A stretch of DNA of 64,000 nt from Candidatus Moraniibacteriota bacterium (lineage in GTDB: Bacteria; Patescibacteriota; Minisyncoccia; Moranbacterales; UBA1568). The notes beneath the pieces are model-generated. The model did no database searches, was not told the origin of the DNA, and worked only from the letters and a program-made list of their open reading frames with translations. The translations under genes and the position numbers were made by a program. How positions within the stretch are numbered: position 1 is the first letter of the stretch; each line of letters starts with the position of its first letter. The stretch spans positions 2,979 through 66,978 of the forward strand of contig CP064975.1 in assembly GCA_016699425.1 (NCBI GenBank), read 5' to 3'. This document shows, piece by piece, positions 20,936-31,433 of this stretch.

Positions 20936-21800
20936 ATGCATAAATCGATGAGAGTTCGACACCTCGCTTGTTTGGTGGTAGTTCTCGGTGTGGGCATGGC
21001 TTTCGTTCCGTCTACTCAGGCGGTTGATTACCTCGGATCGACCGGAGTAGGGGAAACCTGGGAGACTCCGACCACCATCCCGACGAACTAGCCCTATCAG
21101 CAGTCCGCTTCGAACAGCTGTTCGCAGGCGAGTTGGAACGGCTGGGCAGGACGTGGCCTGGGGTGATACCTCGACCGAAGTGAAGGACACTTCCAGCAAT
21201 GCCAATCACGGCGATGCAACCAATATGTCCGCTGCCTCCGTCACTCCGGGTCGTATCGGGCAGGCACTCTCTTTTGACGGGACGGATGACACTGTCCTCG
21301 TCACGGACCCGGGGAGCGGCGTACTCGACTTCGGTGACACGGCGGACCTTACTGTTTCTGGGTGGTTCTACCGTGGCACGGCGACGACAGACGATACGAT
21401 AGTCGCCAAGCGTAACGGCATCACAGCCGGTGATACCGGGTATCTGGTTTTTATTGATGATGCGACCGATAAGCTTATTTTTGAGACCTCAGACGGAACG
21501 GATGAGTATAGCCTCACTTCGAGTGCGGCCTTTACTGCGGCCGGCTGGTATCATTTCGTCGTCGTGTGGGATCAGGACTCGGCGGCCAATTCCGAAATCT
21601 ATATCGACGGTGCGGCAGATGGCGCGACCGATGCGGGTACCATAGGCAATATTGGCGATCTTTCCAATGCTTTGGCTCTGGCGATCGGAACGGAGTCTGA
21701 TGCCGCCAACCCCTTTGATGGCAAGATCGATGACATCCGTGTGTATAGTCGAGCCTTGTCGACTGCTGAAGTAACGGAACTCTATAACCTGGGACGATAA
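20936..21800 (+). pseudogene. Short secreted LamG-domain cassette, copy 1 (in-frame TAG at 21089 replacing TGG, plus 1 frameshift)
   Basis: The first ~250 nt are nearly identical to 31434-31680. The LamG domain resembles domain 4 of the 12713 protein. It ends LYNLGR. Confidence 0.6.
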
Positions 21801-21879
21801 AAGAAGGCTATGAAAACCTACAGAGTGAGGCTTAGACTATCACGGTAGTGTGCCCCTACTGCTTGCGTTAGTTCGAGAG

Positions 21880-22535
21880 GCGTGTAATAAACGCATCGTT
21901 TTGACGCGGTTTGACGGGCTATGTATACTAATAGCGAAGGGCTGGGTATTGACAAGGTCGACCCATAGCCATTTTTTTCTAAGGTCCCACTTTGGGGGGG
22001 GTGAGTTCCCTCGCCTTCAGGCGATAACTTCCAGTACGATATACTGAAAGTATGACCACTGAATATCGAAAGTCTTCCCACTCCGTCTTCAGTATCCAAC
22101 TCCACATCGCCTGGATTACCAAGTACCGCTACAAGGTCCTGAAGGGTGAGATTGGACAAAGAGCCAGAGACCTCATCCGGCGCATCTGTATCGAAGAGAA
22201 TGTCGAGATCATCTCTGGTGCGTTGCTCCTGATCATGTCCACATTCTCGTCTCAGTCGACCCCTCGACCGCTCGAGCACCCTGGTCAAATGGAAAGGCAA
22301 GACATCCCGACAACTCCAGATGGAATACCCTTCACTCAAGAAACAGTACTGGGGCAGCACCTGTGGGCGAGAGGCTACTTTGTCGTCAGTGCCGGCAATG
22401 TCACCAAAGATATGATTAGGAATATATCGAACACCATTTTGAATCGAAAGAGACCGAAGATAGTTTCCGGGTCGAGGAGACGAGTTCCTAGATTTCCAAT
22501 CTAATCCCAATCTGTGCACTTCCAGTGCACAGTGG
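21880..22535 (+). mobile_element. IS200/IS605-family insertion sequence (approximate bounds) with terminal hairpin CTGTGCACT-TCC-AGTGCACAG at 22511-22531
   Basis: Contains a Y1 HUH transposase gene and subterminal hairpins (GGGCTATG...CATAGCC on the left, a perfect 9-bp stem on the right). Confidence 0.5.
22052..22504 (+). CDS. tnpA: IS200-like Y1 (HUH) transposase TnpA, read across 2 frameshifts
   Basis: KYRYKVL, PDHVHILVS (HUH, in a shifted frame) and YWGQHLWARGYFVVSAG (catalytic Tyr region). Confidence 0.7.
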   Translation: MTTEYRKSSHSVFSIQLHIAWITKYRYKVLKGEIGQRARDLIRRICIEENVEIISGALLLIMSTFSSQSTPRPLEHPGQMERQDIPTTPDGIPFTQETVLGQHLWARGYFVVSAGNVTKDMIRNISNTILNRKRPKIVSGSRRRVPRFPI

Positions 22536-22669
22536 TTGAAATGTTCGGATTTTTTTAATAAACCATACCGTATGCAGTATCGAAACAGAGACGCCGTTTT
22601 GGAATCAGAGAAAGGATGTGGGATAGATCGATGTACTAGACAGCAGCGTGTTTCCGTCGGACTCACCTC

Positions 22670-25600
22670 TTGTTTGATATTCTTGGGTTTCGGTTTATTT
22701 TTTGTCCCAGGTGTTTCTCTGCGACGCCTGTTTTTGATGAGACGACCATCGACGTTACGACGAGCGGTGATGTGAAGGCGGCGGGCGATATCAACAACGA
22801 TGGCTTCCCTGATGTCATCATGGGTGGGGCAGAGATGAGCTGGTATGAATATCCCGCGTGGACGAAACATACGATCGCCACGGCAATTGAGGAATTTACT
22901 ACTGACATGCAGGTTGTCGATGTTGATCTCGACGGAGACCTCGACATTGTGACGGCCGAGTTCGTCGCGGGCTCCAATGTCATCTGGCTGGAGAATCCTC
23001 TTCCAAGTGCCAGTCCCGCCACCACGCCGTGGACACGACACGTGATCGGTTCGCATGGCACGTGGGCCCATGATATTGAAGTCGGCGATGTCGATCGCGA
23101 CGGAAAAGTTGACGTCATTGCACGCAAGGCGAACACCTCTATTATCTTCCAGGACACGCCAACCACGTGGACACAAAAAGATATCACGAGCGCAGTAGGA
23201 GGGGATGAAGGACTCGGCATCGGCGATGTCGACCGCGACGGCGATATCGATCTGGTGGCAGACGGAGCATGGATCGAGAATCCCACCCATACCCGTACCG
23301 GAACGTGGACAGTGCATGCTGTGGCGAGCGGTTTTCCGGCGGACACGACCGGCACGGTGGCTGATATCAATGGTGACACGCGTCCCGATATCGTGTTCAT
23401 CGGTCAGCACGCGCGGGGAAAATTCGCATGGTATGAAGGACCGGCAGATCCGTTCTCAGGAGCCTGGATCGAGCATGTCGTCGATACCGCCATGGGAAGT
23501 CACAAGCTGAGTATCGGTGATGTCGATCGTGACGGCCGGCTCGATATCGTTGCGGGACTTGAGTTGCTTGAACTCGCGGTGTATACACAGGCGCCCGACA
23601 CGACCTTCACGAAAACTATCGTCTCGACGGTTGGTACGCACAATCAGCGGCTCGTCGATATCGGGAGCGATGGCGACCTCGACATCTTTGGTGCGAACTG
23701 GATCGGAAACCCTCCGACGACGATCTGGGAAAACGTGACGAACTTCACCGCGTCGCTCGATCAGTGGACATACGTGGAAGTCACCGGCAGTCATTCGCAG
23801 ACATTCGGATTGAACTTTGGCGACATGGACAATGATGGAAAGCGCGACATTGTCTCGGGACAGCATTGGTACAAGAATCCGGGCGGCGATCTGACCGGTG
23901 CGTGGACACAGTCGGCAGCTTTGCCGAACGCGATCGAGGCGATGCTGGTCGGCGATGTCGACGGCGATGCCTTGGCCGATGTGATCGGACAAAAGACCGA
24001 AGGAAGCGTGCTCGCCCTCTACTGGCTCGAGGCGGCGAATACTTCAGGGACAAGCTGGAATGCCGTCCGCATGGGCGATGTGCCGGCCACAAGCCATGTC
24101 TTAGGCGCGCAGGGATACCGCTTTGCTGATCTGCGTTCAGGTGGGAGACCGGAGATCGTGACATCGAGCAGCGTGGGAATTTGGTATTTCACGATCCCGC
24201 TTAATCCCGCAGTCGATCCCTGGACCAAGGTGCAGGTGAACGCTAATCCCTCCGATGAAGGGTTCGGTGCGGCTGATATCGATCATGACGGCGACATCGA
24301 CATTGCCGCTGGGACGGGTGATACCAAGCTCGTCGAGTGGTACCGCAATCCCGGGACAGGTCTTGGCAATTGGCAGTCTTTCACGATCGGCAATATGAAC
24401 GAAGCGGTCTACCCCGATCGTTTCGCGGTGGCTGACTTGAACGGCGATAATCGTCCCGATATCATCGGCACGGAAGAAAACGGCGTGGCCTCGGGTGCGC
24501 AGACGTTTTGGTGGGAAGCGCCGGCTGATCCGACCACGGCTAACTGGGTGCGTCACGCGCTGGTCGCGCAGGGGAGTACCAACGCCATGGATATCGGCGA
24601 TATCGATCGCGACGGTGACATCGACATCGTGCTTGGTGAGCACAAGGGCTCGCTCAAGACGGCGGTCTGGCAGAATAGTGGTACGGGCGCGTTTACTGAA
24701 CATGTCGTGGGATCCGGTAAAGAGGCGCACCTCGGTGCACGCGTGGTCGATATCGACCAAGACGGCGACGACGATCTCGTGAGTATCGCTTATGACACGC
24801 CGCAGTTCATCCATCTCTACCGTAATGACGCGTCGGGAATCCCGACTCCTCCCGACACGACTTCCCCGGTGATTTCAGGTGTGAGTGCGACGAGCATTGC
24901 TAGTGCGAGTGCGAACATCGTGTGGACGACAGACGAAGCTGCGAATGGGCAAGTGGAATATGGCACGACGGCTGCCTATGGACAACTCTCCACGCTCCAG
25001 AGCGCTCTTACGCAGAACCACGATATCGCTCTCCCTAATCTGACGGCCAATACGCTCTACCACTATCGCGTGCACAGTGCCGATGGTTCCGGGAACACAT
25101 CCGTCTCCGGCGACTTCACCTTTACCACGACGAACCAGCCTGCCCTTCCGGGTCTGGTCGCTGCCTATAACTTTAATGCAGGGAGTGGCACGACGGCAGC
25201 CGATTTCTCGGGTAACAATATCACGGGCACATTGGTGAACGGTCCTTCATGGACAACGGCAGGGAAAAACGATGGCGCGCTCTCGTTTGATGGCGCGAAT
25301 GATTATGTGAACCTCGGCGCATCCAGCGCGCTGCAGCTTCCCGGAAGTTTTACGCTCTCTGCCTGGGTCTATCCGACAACGTTTTCCGGTGATCGTGACA
25401 TCATCACCAGGGTGAGCGCGGTTTCCTCCGAATATCACCTGCAGACTACCGGCACCCAGATTCAAGTCGGGTTTTCCAGCGGTGGGAGCTGGTACTATCA
25501 GAACGCTTCGACCGCCAGTATGCCACTCAATGCGTGGAGTCATGTGGTCAGCGTCTTTGATGATGCGAATAATACCTTCACGATGTATATCAACGGTGTC

Positions 25601-27544
25601 CTGCAAGGGACGCAGTCGGTCGCTGCATCGCCCGCTCCCAGTACCAATGAAACGCACATCGGCATGGGCTGGACCGGCCAGTCATGGAGCGGCAAGATCG
25701 ATGATGTCCGTGTCTACAACCGCGCACTCATAGCGAGTGAGATCGCGACGGATATGAATACGCCCGTAGGAGGCCCCGTCGTCGATACGACGCCGCCAGT
25801 ACGGACCAACGGCGCGCCGACAGGGACACTCCCGGAGACGACCACGCAGGCCACTCTGTCGCTTGTGACCGATGAAAACGCAACCTGCAAATACGGCACG
25901 ACGGCGAATACTGCCTATGCTGCTATGACCGCGGTGATGGGCACGACGGGCGGGGCGAATCATTCCACAGCGGTTACCGTTACTGCCGGAACTGCGTACA
26001 CCTACTTTGTGCGTTGCGAGGATACGGCCGGCAATCAGAACACGACAGACTACGACATCACCTTTGCTGTCGCGGCGCCGGATACGGTAGCGCCGACCGT
26101 TTCTATCACGTCTCCTGCAAATGGTGCGATCGTCGCCGGAACCGTGGCAGTCGCCGCCAACGCCTCTGATGACCGGGGAGTGGCTTCTGTTGAATTCAGT
26201 GTCGATGCCGTCTCGCATGCTACCGACACGACCACACCGTTCACGGCGAATGTTGACACGCTGCTTCTCTCGGAGGGGACGCATACGCTCTCCGCTCGCG
26301 CGCTCGATGCGGCCGGCAATGAAAATACCGCGACGGTCACAGTAACGGTGCAAAATACCGACACGGTCGTCCCAAGTATGCCGACGAATCTGCTCTCTAC
26401 GGCGGTTTCGACGACGCAGATCAATCTCGCTTGGAACGCGAGTACTGACAACGTCGGTGTCACCGGATACCGCATATGGAGGAATGGTGTTTCGGTCGCG
26501 ACGACGACCGTGCTCTCCTACCAAGATACCGGACTGACTCCGTCAACGGCGTACACGTATGCCGTGAGCGCCTTTGATGCGGCGGGGAATGAGTCGGCAC
26601 TGTCCGCGACTGCTTCTGCCACGACGCTCACTCCGGATACGACCGCCCCGGTGATCAGTGCCATCACTGCAGCCGCAATCACTACCACAGGAGCTACGAT
26701 AACTTGGACGACGAACGAAGCCGCGGATACTCAAGTGGAGTATGGGGCGACCACAAGTTATGGACAGTCGACGACACTCAATACGGCTATGCTCACGAGT
26801 CATAGTCAGAATCTTTCCGGACTCTCTCCCGGCACGCTCTATCACTATCGCGTGAAGTCGAGGGACGCGGCGGGGAATCTGGCCGTGTCAGGCGATATGA
26901 CATTGACGACCACATCGGCCCCGACCGGACTGATCGGACACTGGAAGTTTGATGAGGGGACTGGTACCACGACGAGCGACGCTTCATCGAACGGGTATAG
27001 TGGCACGCTCACCAATGGTCCGGCATGGACGACGGGGAAAGTCGGTAGCGCGCTCAATTTCGACGGTGCCAATGATTACGTCAACATGGGGTCGCAGACC
27101 GGGCTTCGGCTCCCAGGGAGCTTCACGCTTGCCGCCTGGGTCTATCCCACGACACTCTCCGGAGACCGCGACATCATCACCAAGGTGAATCCAAGCTCGT
27201 CGGAGTATCATTTTCAGGTGACGGACAACAAGCTGCAGCTCGGATTCTCGAACGGGAGCAATAACTGGTACTATTATGAAGTTCCCACTACCGGTATGTC
27301 GCTCAACGCCTGGAGTCATGTTGCCGGTGTCTTCGATGACGCGGGCAATGTCATGAGAATCTATATCAACGGCGTGGCACAGGGGTCTAAGGCAGTGACC
27401 GCCTCTCCGGTCGTGGGTACGAGCCAGGTGCGTGTCGGTATGGGTTGGAACGGCCAGTCATGGAAGGGGAAGATCGATGATGCGCGTATCTATAGCCGCG
27501 CCCTCTCCGCGAGTGAGATCACCGCGCTTGCCACAGGCAACTGA
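22670..27544 (+). CDS. Giant surface protein: FG-GAP/VCBS beta-propeller repeats, FN3 domains, two LamG domains and Ig-like domains (1624 aa). The true N-terminal signal peptide is probably in another frame at 22620-22700.
   Basis: More than 10 GDVDRDGxxDIV-type FG-GAP repeats. FN3 repeats (VWTTDEAANGQVEYGTT; ITWTTNEAADTQVEYG). LamG motif IDDVRVYNRAL twice. The hydrophobic GLTSCLIFLGFGLFFVPGVSL segment upstream is in a different frame. Confidence 0.8.
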   Translation: MFDILGFRFIFCPRCFSATPVFDETTIDVTTSGDVKAAGDINNDGFPDVIMGGAEMSWYEYPAWTKHTIATAIEEFTTDMQVVDVDLDGDLDIVTAEFVAGSNVIWLENPLPSASPATTPWTRHVIGSHGTWAHDIEVGDVDRDGKVDVIARKANTSIIFQDTPTTWTQKDITSAVGGDEGLGIGDVDRDGDIDLVADGAWIENPTHTRTGTWTVHAVASGFPADTTGTVADINGDTRPDIVFIGQHARGKFAWYEGPADPFSGAWIEHVVDTAMGSHKLSIGDVDRDGRLDIVAGLELLELAVYTQAPDTTFTKTIVSTVGTHNQRLVDIGSDGDLDIFGANWIGNPPTTIWENVTNFTASLDQWTYVEVTGSHSQTFGLNFGDMDNDGKRDIVSGQHWYKNPGGDLTGAWTQSAALPNAIEAMLVGDVDGDALADVIGQKTEGSVLALYWLEAANTSGTSWNAVRMGDVPATSHVLGAQGYRFADLRSGGRPEIVTSSSVGIWYFTIPLNPAVDPWTKVQVNANPSDEGFGAADIDHDGDIDIAAGTGDTKLVEWYRNPGTGLGNWQSFTIGNMNEAVYPDRFAVADLNGDNRPDIIGTEENGVASGAQTFWWEAPADPTTANWVRHALVAQGSTNAMDIGDIDRDGDIDIVLGEHKGSLKTAVWQNSGTGAFTEHVVGSGKEAHLGARVVDIDQDGDDDLVSIAYDTPQFIHLYRNDASGIPTPPDTTSPVISGVSATSIASASANIVWTTDEAANGQVEYGTTAAYGQLSTLQSALTQNHDIALPNLTANTLYHYRVHSADGSGNTSVSGDFTFTTTNQPALPGLVAAYNFNAGSGTTAADFSGNNITGTLVNGPSWTTAGKNDGALSFDGANDYVNLGASSALQLPGSFTLSAWVYPTTFSGDRDIITRVSAVSSEYHLQTTGTQIQVGFSSGGSWYYQNASTASMPLNAWSHVVSVFDDANNTFTMYINGVLQGTQSVAASPAPSTNETHIGMGWTGQSWSGKIDDVRVYNRALIASEIATDMNTPVGGPVVDTTPPVRTNGAPTGTLPETTTQATLSLVTDENATCKYGTTANTAYAAMTAVMGTTGGANHSTAVTVTAGTAYTYFVRCEDTAGNQNTTDYDITFAVAAPDTVAPTVSITSPANGAIVAGTVAVAANASDDRGVASVEFSVDAVSHATDTTTPFTANVDTLLLSEGTHTLSARALDAAGNENTATVTVTVQNTDTVVPSMPTNLLSTAVSTTQINLAWNASTDNVGVTGYRIWRNGVSVATTTVLSYQDTGLTPSTAYTYAVSAFDAAGNESALSATASATTLTPDTTAPVISAITAAAITTTGATITWTTNEAADTQVEYGATTSYGQSTTLNTAMLTSHSQNLSGLSPGTLYHYRVKSRDAAGNLAVSGDMTLTTTSAPTGLIGHWKFDEGTGTTTSDASSNGYSGTLTNGPAWTTGKVGSALNFDGANDYVNMGSQTGLRLPGSFTLAAWVYPTTLSGDRDIITKVNPSSSEYHFQVTDNKLQLGFSNGSNNWYYYEVPTTGMSLNAWSHVAGVFDDAGNVMRIYINGVAQGSKAVTASPVVGTSQVRVGMGWNGQSWKGKIDDARIYSRALSASEITALATGN

Positions 27545-27612
27545 GTCCATCTCTATCACATTTGGACTTTGACCGCTCGGAGACAATTCAAACAGTTCAA
27601 ACCAATGATGGC

Positions 27613-28493
27613 ATGAGACGATCGTTTCTCATCACCCTCTACTCTCTCCCTCTTTTCGTGGGCCTTTTCTTCGCGAGTGACGCCTCCGCCGCCGGGCGGG
27701 TGTTCTATGACGGCTGGGAGAGTGGGAATGCGAATGCGTGGGTGTCTGGAGGTACGGGGATATATGGCAAATGTGATGTCGTCACGTCGGCGCTGGACGG
27801 CGGGGTTGGCCCACTGTCCGGCACGAAGATGGCTCGATGTAACTGGGACGGCACGGCAGGACCCTTCGGGCACCAGAATCAGGCAATGGCAATTTCAGGG
27901 TGGTCAAAGAGCCGCGAGATGCTCATTCGGTTTTGGACGCGTGTCGATAGTGACGTGGACGTTGCAAAGGGAGCAAAGCTTTTTCGCGGGCCGGGGGGCA
28001 CGAGTTATTCAGGCTGGCAGTTTGAAGAAGGTGCGGTGGCAGCGCTTTTCTCGGCGCTCTTCAAATCAAATGCTCAGTCGATTGGGAGCGCCAATTATGG
28101 TTGCTCTGCGCAACCAGGGTATAACTACGACCCGCCGATCCGCAACGGCAACTGGCATCAGATCGAAATATATCTCAAGGAATCGACTTCTGGCAGTACC
28201 AACGGGGAGGCTCGGATCTGGGTAGACGATAAACTTTGTTGGGAGGCATTGAATCAGAATACGGATGATCCGCTCGGACCATCCTATTGGGCTGATTTCC
28301 ACGTGATGTCGAATTGGTCGCTGACCGAAGTCGACTGGGCGCACGATGCCAACAATCACATTTATTGGGACGACTTCGAGGTGTACTCCGACACCGGCAC
28401 CGGTGGCACTGGCACCCTGTCAGCTGGCACGATGACACAGGGGAGTACCGACACCACCCGCCGGCGGCTCCGACGGGACTGGGAGTACAATAG
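27613..28493 (+). CDS. Secreted family A copy 2 (frameshift inside the terminal element, 28447-28493 = copy g)
   Basis: MRRSFLITLYSLPLFVGLFFASDASAAGRVFYDGWESG... The element has lost one C (ACCACCCGCCGGCGGCT), so the ORF runs on. Confidence 0.65.
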
Positions 28494-28498
28494 AAAAT

Positions 28499-29341
28499 AT
28501 GAACAGGATATTTCTCGCACTTTTCGGTATCACCCTCGCTCTCGGATTCTTTTTCCTCTCTCCACATTCAGCCTTAGCCGCGGGGCGGGTGCTGACAGAC
28601 GGTTTTGAGTCCGGCAACAATAATCTCTGGTCGCAGAATCCGTTAGGCAAGAACAAATGCCCTGTCGTCATCCAATCGACGTCGGTCGGAAGTGTCGCAC
28701 CGCATACCGGTAGCTACGCGGCCCAGTGTAATTGGACGAACCTCGACTGGCAGGATCCCAACTTTTATAACGCCAATTTTTTTGAATCCAGTAACTACAC
28801 CTCAGATGTCTTTATTCGTTTTTGGGTCCGCTACGACAATGATGTGGACTTAAACACTGGTTCTAAACTACTACGTTTTGGTGATCTTGGTGGTTCGTTT
28901 TGTGACTTCCAATTGGAACAGGGAGTGAGTGCAGGAGTTATTTGTCAGATATATGCCGTCCGCGGAGGAAATGCCAATTGGCTCAGTCCCAACTGCTACT
29001 CAGCGGCGACAAACATCAGGCAGTGGAACAAATTTGAGATCTATATAAAAGAGGGCGTTAGTGGTCAGGCAAAAGTGTGGCTCAATGATAATTTATTCTG
29101 TGACCGAAGCGGCAACACGACCCAAGACGAGTCATGGGCGCGTGTGAACGCCGTTTCAAATTGGTCCAATGAAGTCGGTTGGGAACACGACATGAATAAT
29201 CATACGTACTTCGACGATTGGGAAATCTGGACCGACAATGCCAATGAAGCACACACGGGCACGATGGCAGGCGGTGACATCGCCGCCAACGGCACCGACA
29301 CCACCCCACCCGCCGCGCCGACGGGACTGGGGGTACAATAA
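28499..29341 (+). CDS. Secreted family A copy 3, ending DTTPPAAPTGLGVQ (element copy h, 29297-29341)
   Basis: Signal peptide ...SALAAGRVLTDGFESG. The start lies 5 nt after the previous stop. Confidence 0.7.
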   Translation: MNRIFLALFGITLALGFFFLSPHSALAAGRVLTDGFESGNNNLWSQNPLGKNKCPVVIQSTSVGSVAPHTGSYAAQCNWTNLDWQDPNFYNANFFESSNYTSDVFIRFWVRYDNDVDLNTGSKLLRFGDLGGSFCDFQLEQGVSAGVICQIYAVRGGNANWLSPNCYSAATNIRQWNKFEIYIKEGVSGQAKVWLNDNLFCDRSGNTTQDESWARVNAVSNWSNEVGWEHDMNNHTYFDDWEIWTDNANEAHTGTMAGGDIAANGTDTTPPAAPTGLGVQ

Positions 29342-29348
29342 ACTCATC

Positions 29349-30544
29349 ATGACCACTGCAAAATACAAATCAATCTTTCTGGCTGTTTTTTTACCCCTCC
29401 TCTTCTTCAGCTTGGCAAAAATTGCACTCGCTGCTCCCTCTATCAGTGGCACCAGTGGAACGTGGTCGCACGGCGGCAGCGTGACGGTCAACGGGTCGGC
29501 CTTTGGGACCAAGACCACGGCCGCGCCGCTTGTTTGGGATGATGCGACAGGGGGGACGCTGCTGGACAAGTGGGATGGCAAATACCCAAATTGCACAACC
29601 GACCATCGGTACGACCCAAACTACACGACCAGCATTCGGGGGATCTCGCTGCCGCATGCCCGTGCGACGAAATACATAGCTGGCGCGCATGCGAGTACAG
29701 GATCGGCGAATTCAGAATGCGGTTATGACGTAGGGTTTTGGAAGTTTCGGCCTACGATGCCTGGCTATCCGTCGTATACCTACTTTAGCTACTATTTTCG
29801 GGTCGATGACAACTTCCAGTTCGGCCTGAACGACGGGGACAACAACTTCAAAATGGCGTCCGTCGATCAGGGCCATGTCGCGGCGTTGGGTAGTCCGTAC
29901 ACCATGTCGGTCAACATCGGCGTGCCCTATTCACCCCCTGGATCCCCGCAGTACGTCATTTATTCGACCAACGAACGATTCGACATCCCTGATCTGAACG
30001 GGCACAGCGGATTCTGGAATTTCAACGGGAATGATTGGTGGTCAGGGGTATGGACGAAAATAGAATACGAATACAAACATTCCACGCCCGGCACGGACGG
30101 GTGGCTAAAAGTTTGGGAAGACGGCCGCGTGCTGGTCGATTACAGGGGGCGTTTCGGCCTGCCGCCGCCTGAGAATGACCTGACGCAAACGCATCTTATT
30201 GGGGGTTACTCGCGTAATTACCAGATCAACACCACAACTGGAACTAACTACCGGTATTACGCCGATGTGTACTACGACACGTCCGCGGCGCGTGTCCTTT
30301 TGTGCCAGAACAACACATACTCATCGAGAGGAATTTGCGAGAACCAGCGCGCGACCTCTTGGGCTAGCGGCTCGATTGCGACGACAGTCAATGCCGGCCG
30401 GTTCGCTAACGCGAGTACGGCTTATCTGTATGTGTGCGACGACGCCGGGGCATGCAACGCCAACGGAACGGCGATCGTCATTGCAGCTGGCGGCGGCGGG
30501 GACACCACTCCTCCTTCCGCGCCGACCGGACTGGGGTACAATAG
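29349..30544 (+). CDS. Secreted family B copy 2, ending DTTPPSAPTGLG (element copy i, 30501-30544). Its stop is out of frame because of a 1-nt loss in a G run, so the ORF track fuses it with the next gene.
   Basis: AAPSISGTSGTWSHGGSVTVNGSAFGTK... is the same N-terminus as 18930. Confidence 0.7.
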
Positions 30545-30551
30545 AGACATC

Positions 30552-31415
30552 ATGAAAAACTCATTTCAGAAATCATTTCTTATTCTTTTCACGCTCGCTT
30601 TAGGTTTGTCACTAGACTCAAGCAGCGCGTTCGCCGCCGGCCGGGTGTTTTCTGATGGCTTCGAGGACGGTACGACGAATGCTTGGGCACCCGGCGAGAG
30701 TAGTGGTTATTACGCCAAGTGTGATGTCGTCTCGAGTGCCCTCGATGGCGTGATAGGCCCGCACGGTGGCTCGAACATGGCACGCTGTAATTGGGACGGG
30801 ACTCAAGGAACTTATGGCCACCGCAGCCAGGAGATGATCAAGAGCGCTTGGTCGAAGTCGCGCGAAAGCTTCATCCGGTTCTGGGTGCGCATCGACAGTG
30901 ATGTGGATTACAAACAGGGAGCTAAGCTGTTTCGCGGTCCTGGGGCCGTTAGTTTTTCAGGATTCCAGTTTGAATACGGGACAGGGGCTACCCTTCTTTC
31001 CACTATTTACAAGAGCGATTCAACCCAGATTGGCACAACGAATTGGGGCTGTGGTCCTGAGGTGAGGGACGGTGCATGGCACTCTATCGAAATCTACTTG
31101 TTGGAATCAACACCTAGTCAGAATAATGGCATTGCACGAATATGGGTAGACGACGGCTTGTGTTGGGAAGCGACAAGTGTCAATACCGACGACCCGCTGG
31201 GGGCCGGGTACTGGGCCGATTTTCATATGATATCCAATTGGTCACTGAATCCAGGTTGGGATCACGACGCGAATAATCACACGTACTGGGATGATTTTGA
31301 GATTTTCTCTGACACGGGTACCGGCATGACTGGTTCGATGTCGGCAGGGACGATCACTCAGGGGGGCAGTGATACCACCCCGCCAGCTGCGCCGACAGGG
31401 TTGGTGGTACAATAA
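30552..31415 (+). CDS. Secreted family A copy 4, ending DTTPPAAPTGLVVQ (element copy j, 31371-31415)
   Basis: MKNSFQKSFLILFTLALGLSLDSSSAFAAGRVFSDGFEDG... Confidence 0.7.
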   Translation: MKNSFQKSFLILFTLALGLSLDSSSAFAAGRVFSDGFEDGTTNAWAPGESSGYYAKCDVVSSALDGVIGPHGGSNMARCNWDGTQGTYGHRSQEMIKSAWSKSRESFIRFWVRIDSDVDYKQGAKLFRGPGAVSFSGFQFEYGTGATLLSTIYKSDSTQIGTTNWGCGPEVRDGAWHSIEIYLLESTPSQNNGIARIWVDDGLCWEATSVNTDDPLGAGYWADFHMISNWSLNPGWDHDANNHTYWDDFEIFSDTGTGMTGSMSAGTITQGGSDTTPPAAPTGLVVQ

Positions 31416-31433
31416 CGCAAAGAGATAATACCT

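Noticed and set aside
21818-23410. 530-aa minus-strand ORF, plus many other long antisense ORFs across 22.6-27.5 kb (e.g. 22663-23400, 25682-26524, 24137-24814) and at 6172-6954 and 13025-14266
   Set aside because: They lie antisense to strongly supported genes (IS200 tnpA, the FG-GAP adhesin, the RND pump, the LamG protein). They have low-complexity R/G/P-rich translations typical of stop-poor reverse frames in high-GC DNA.
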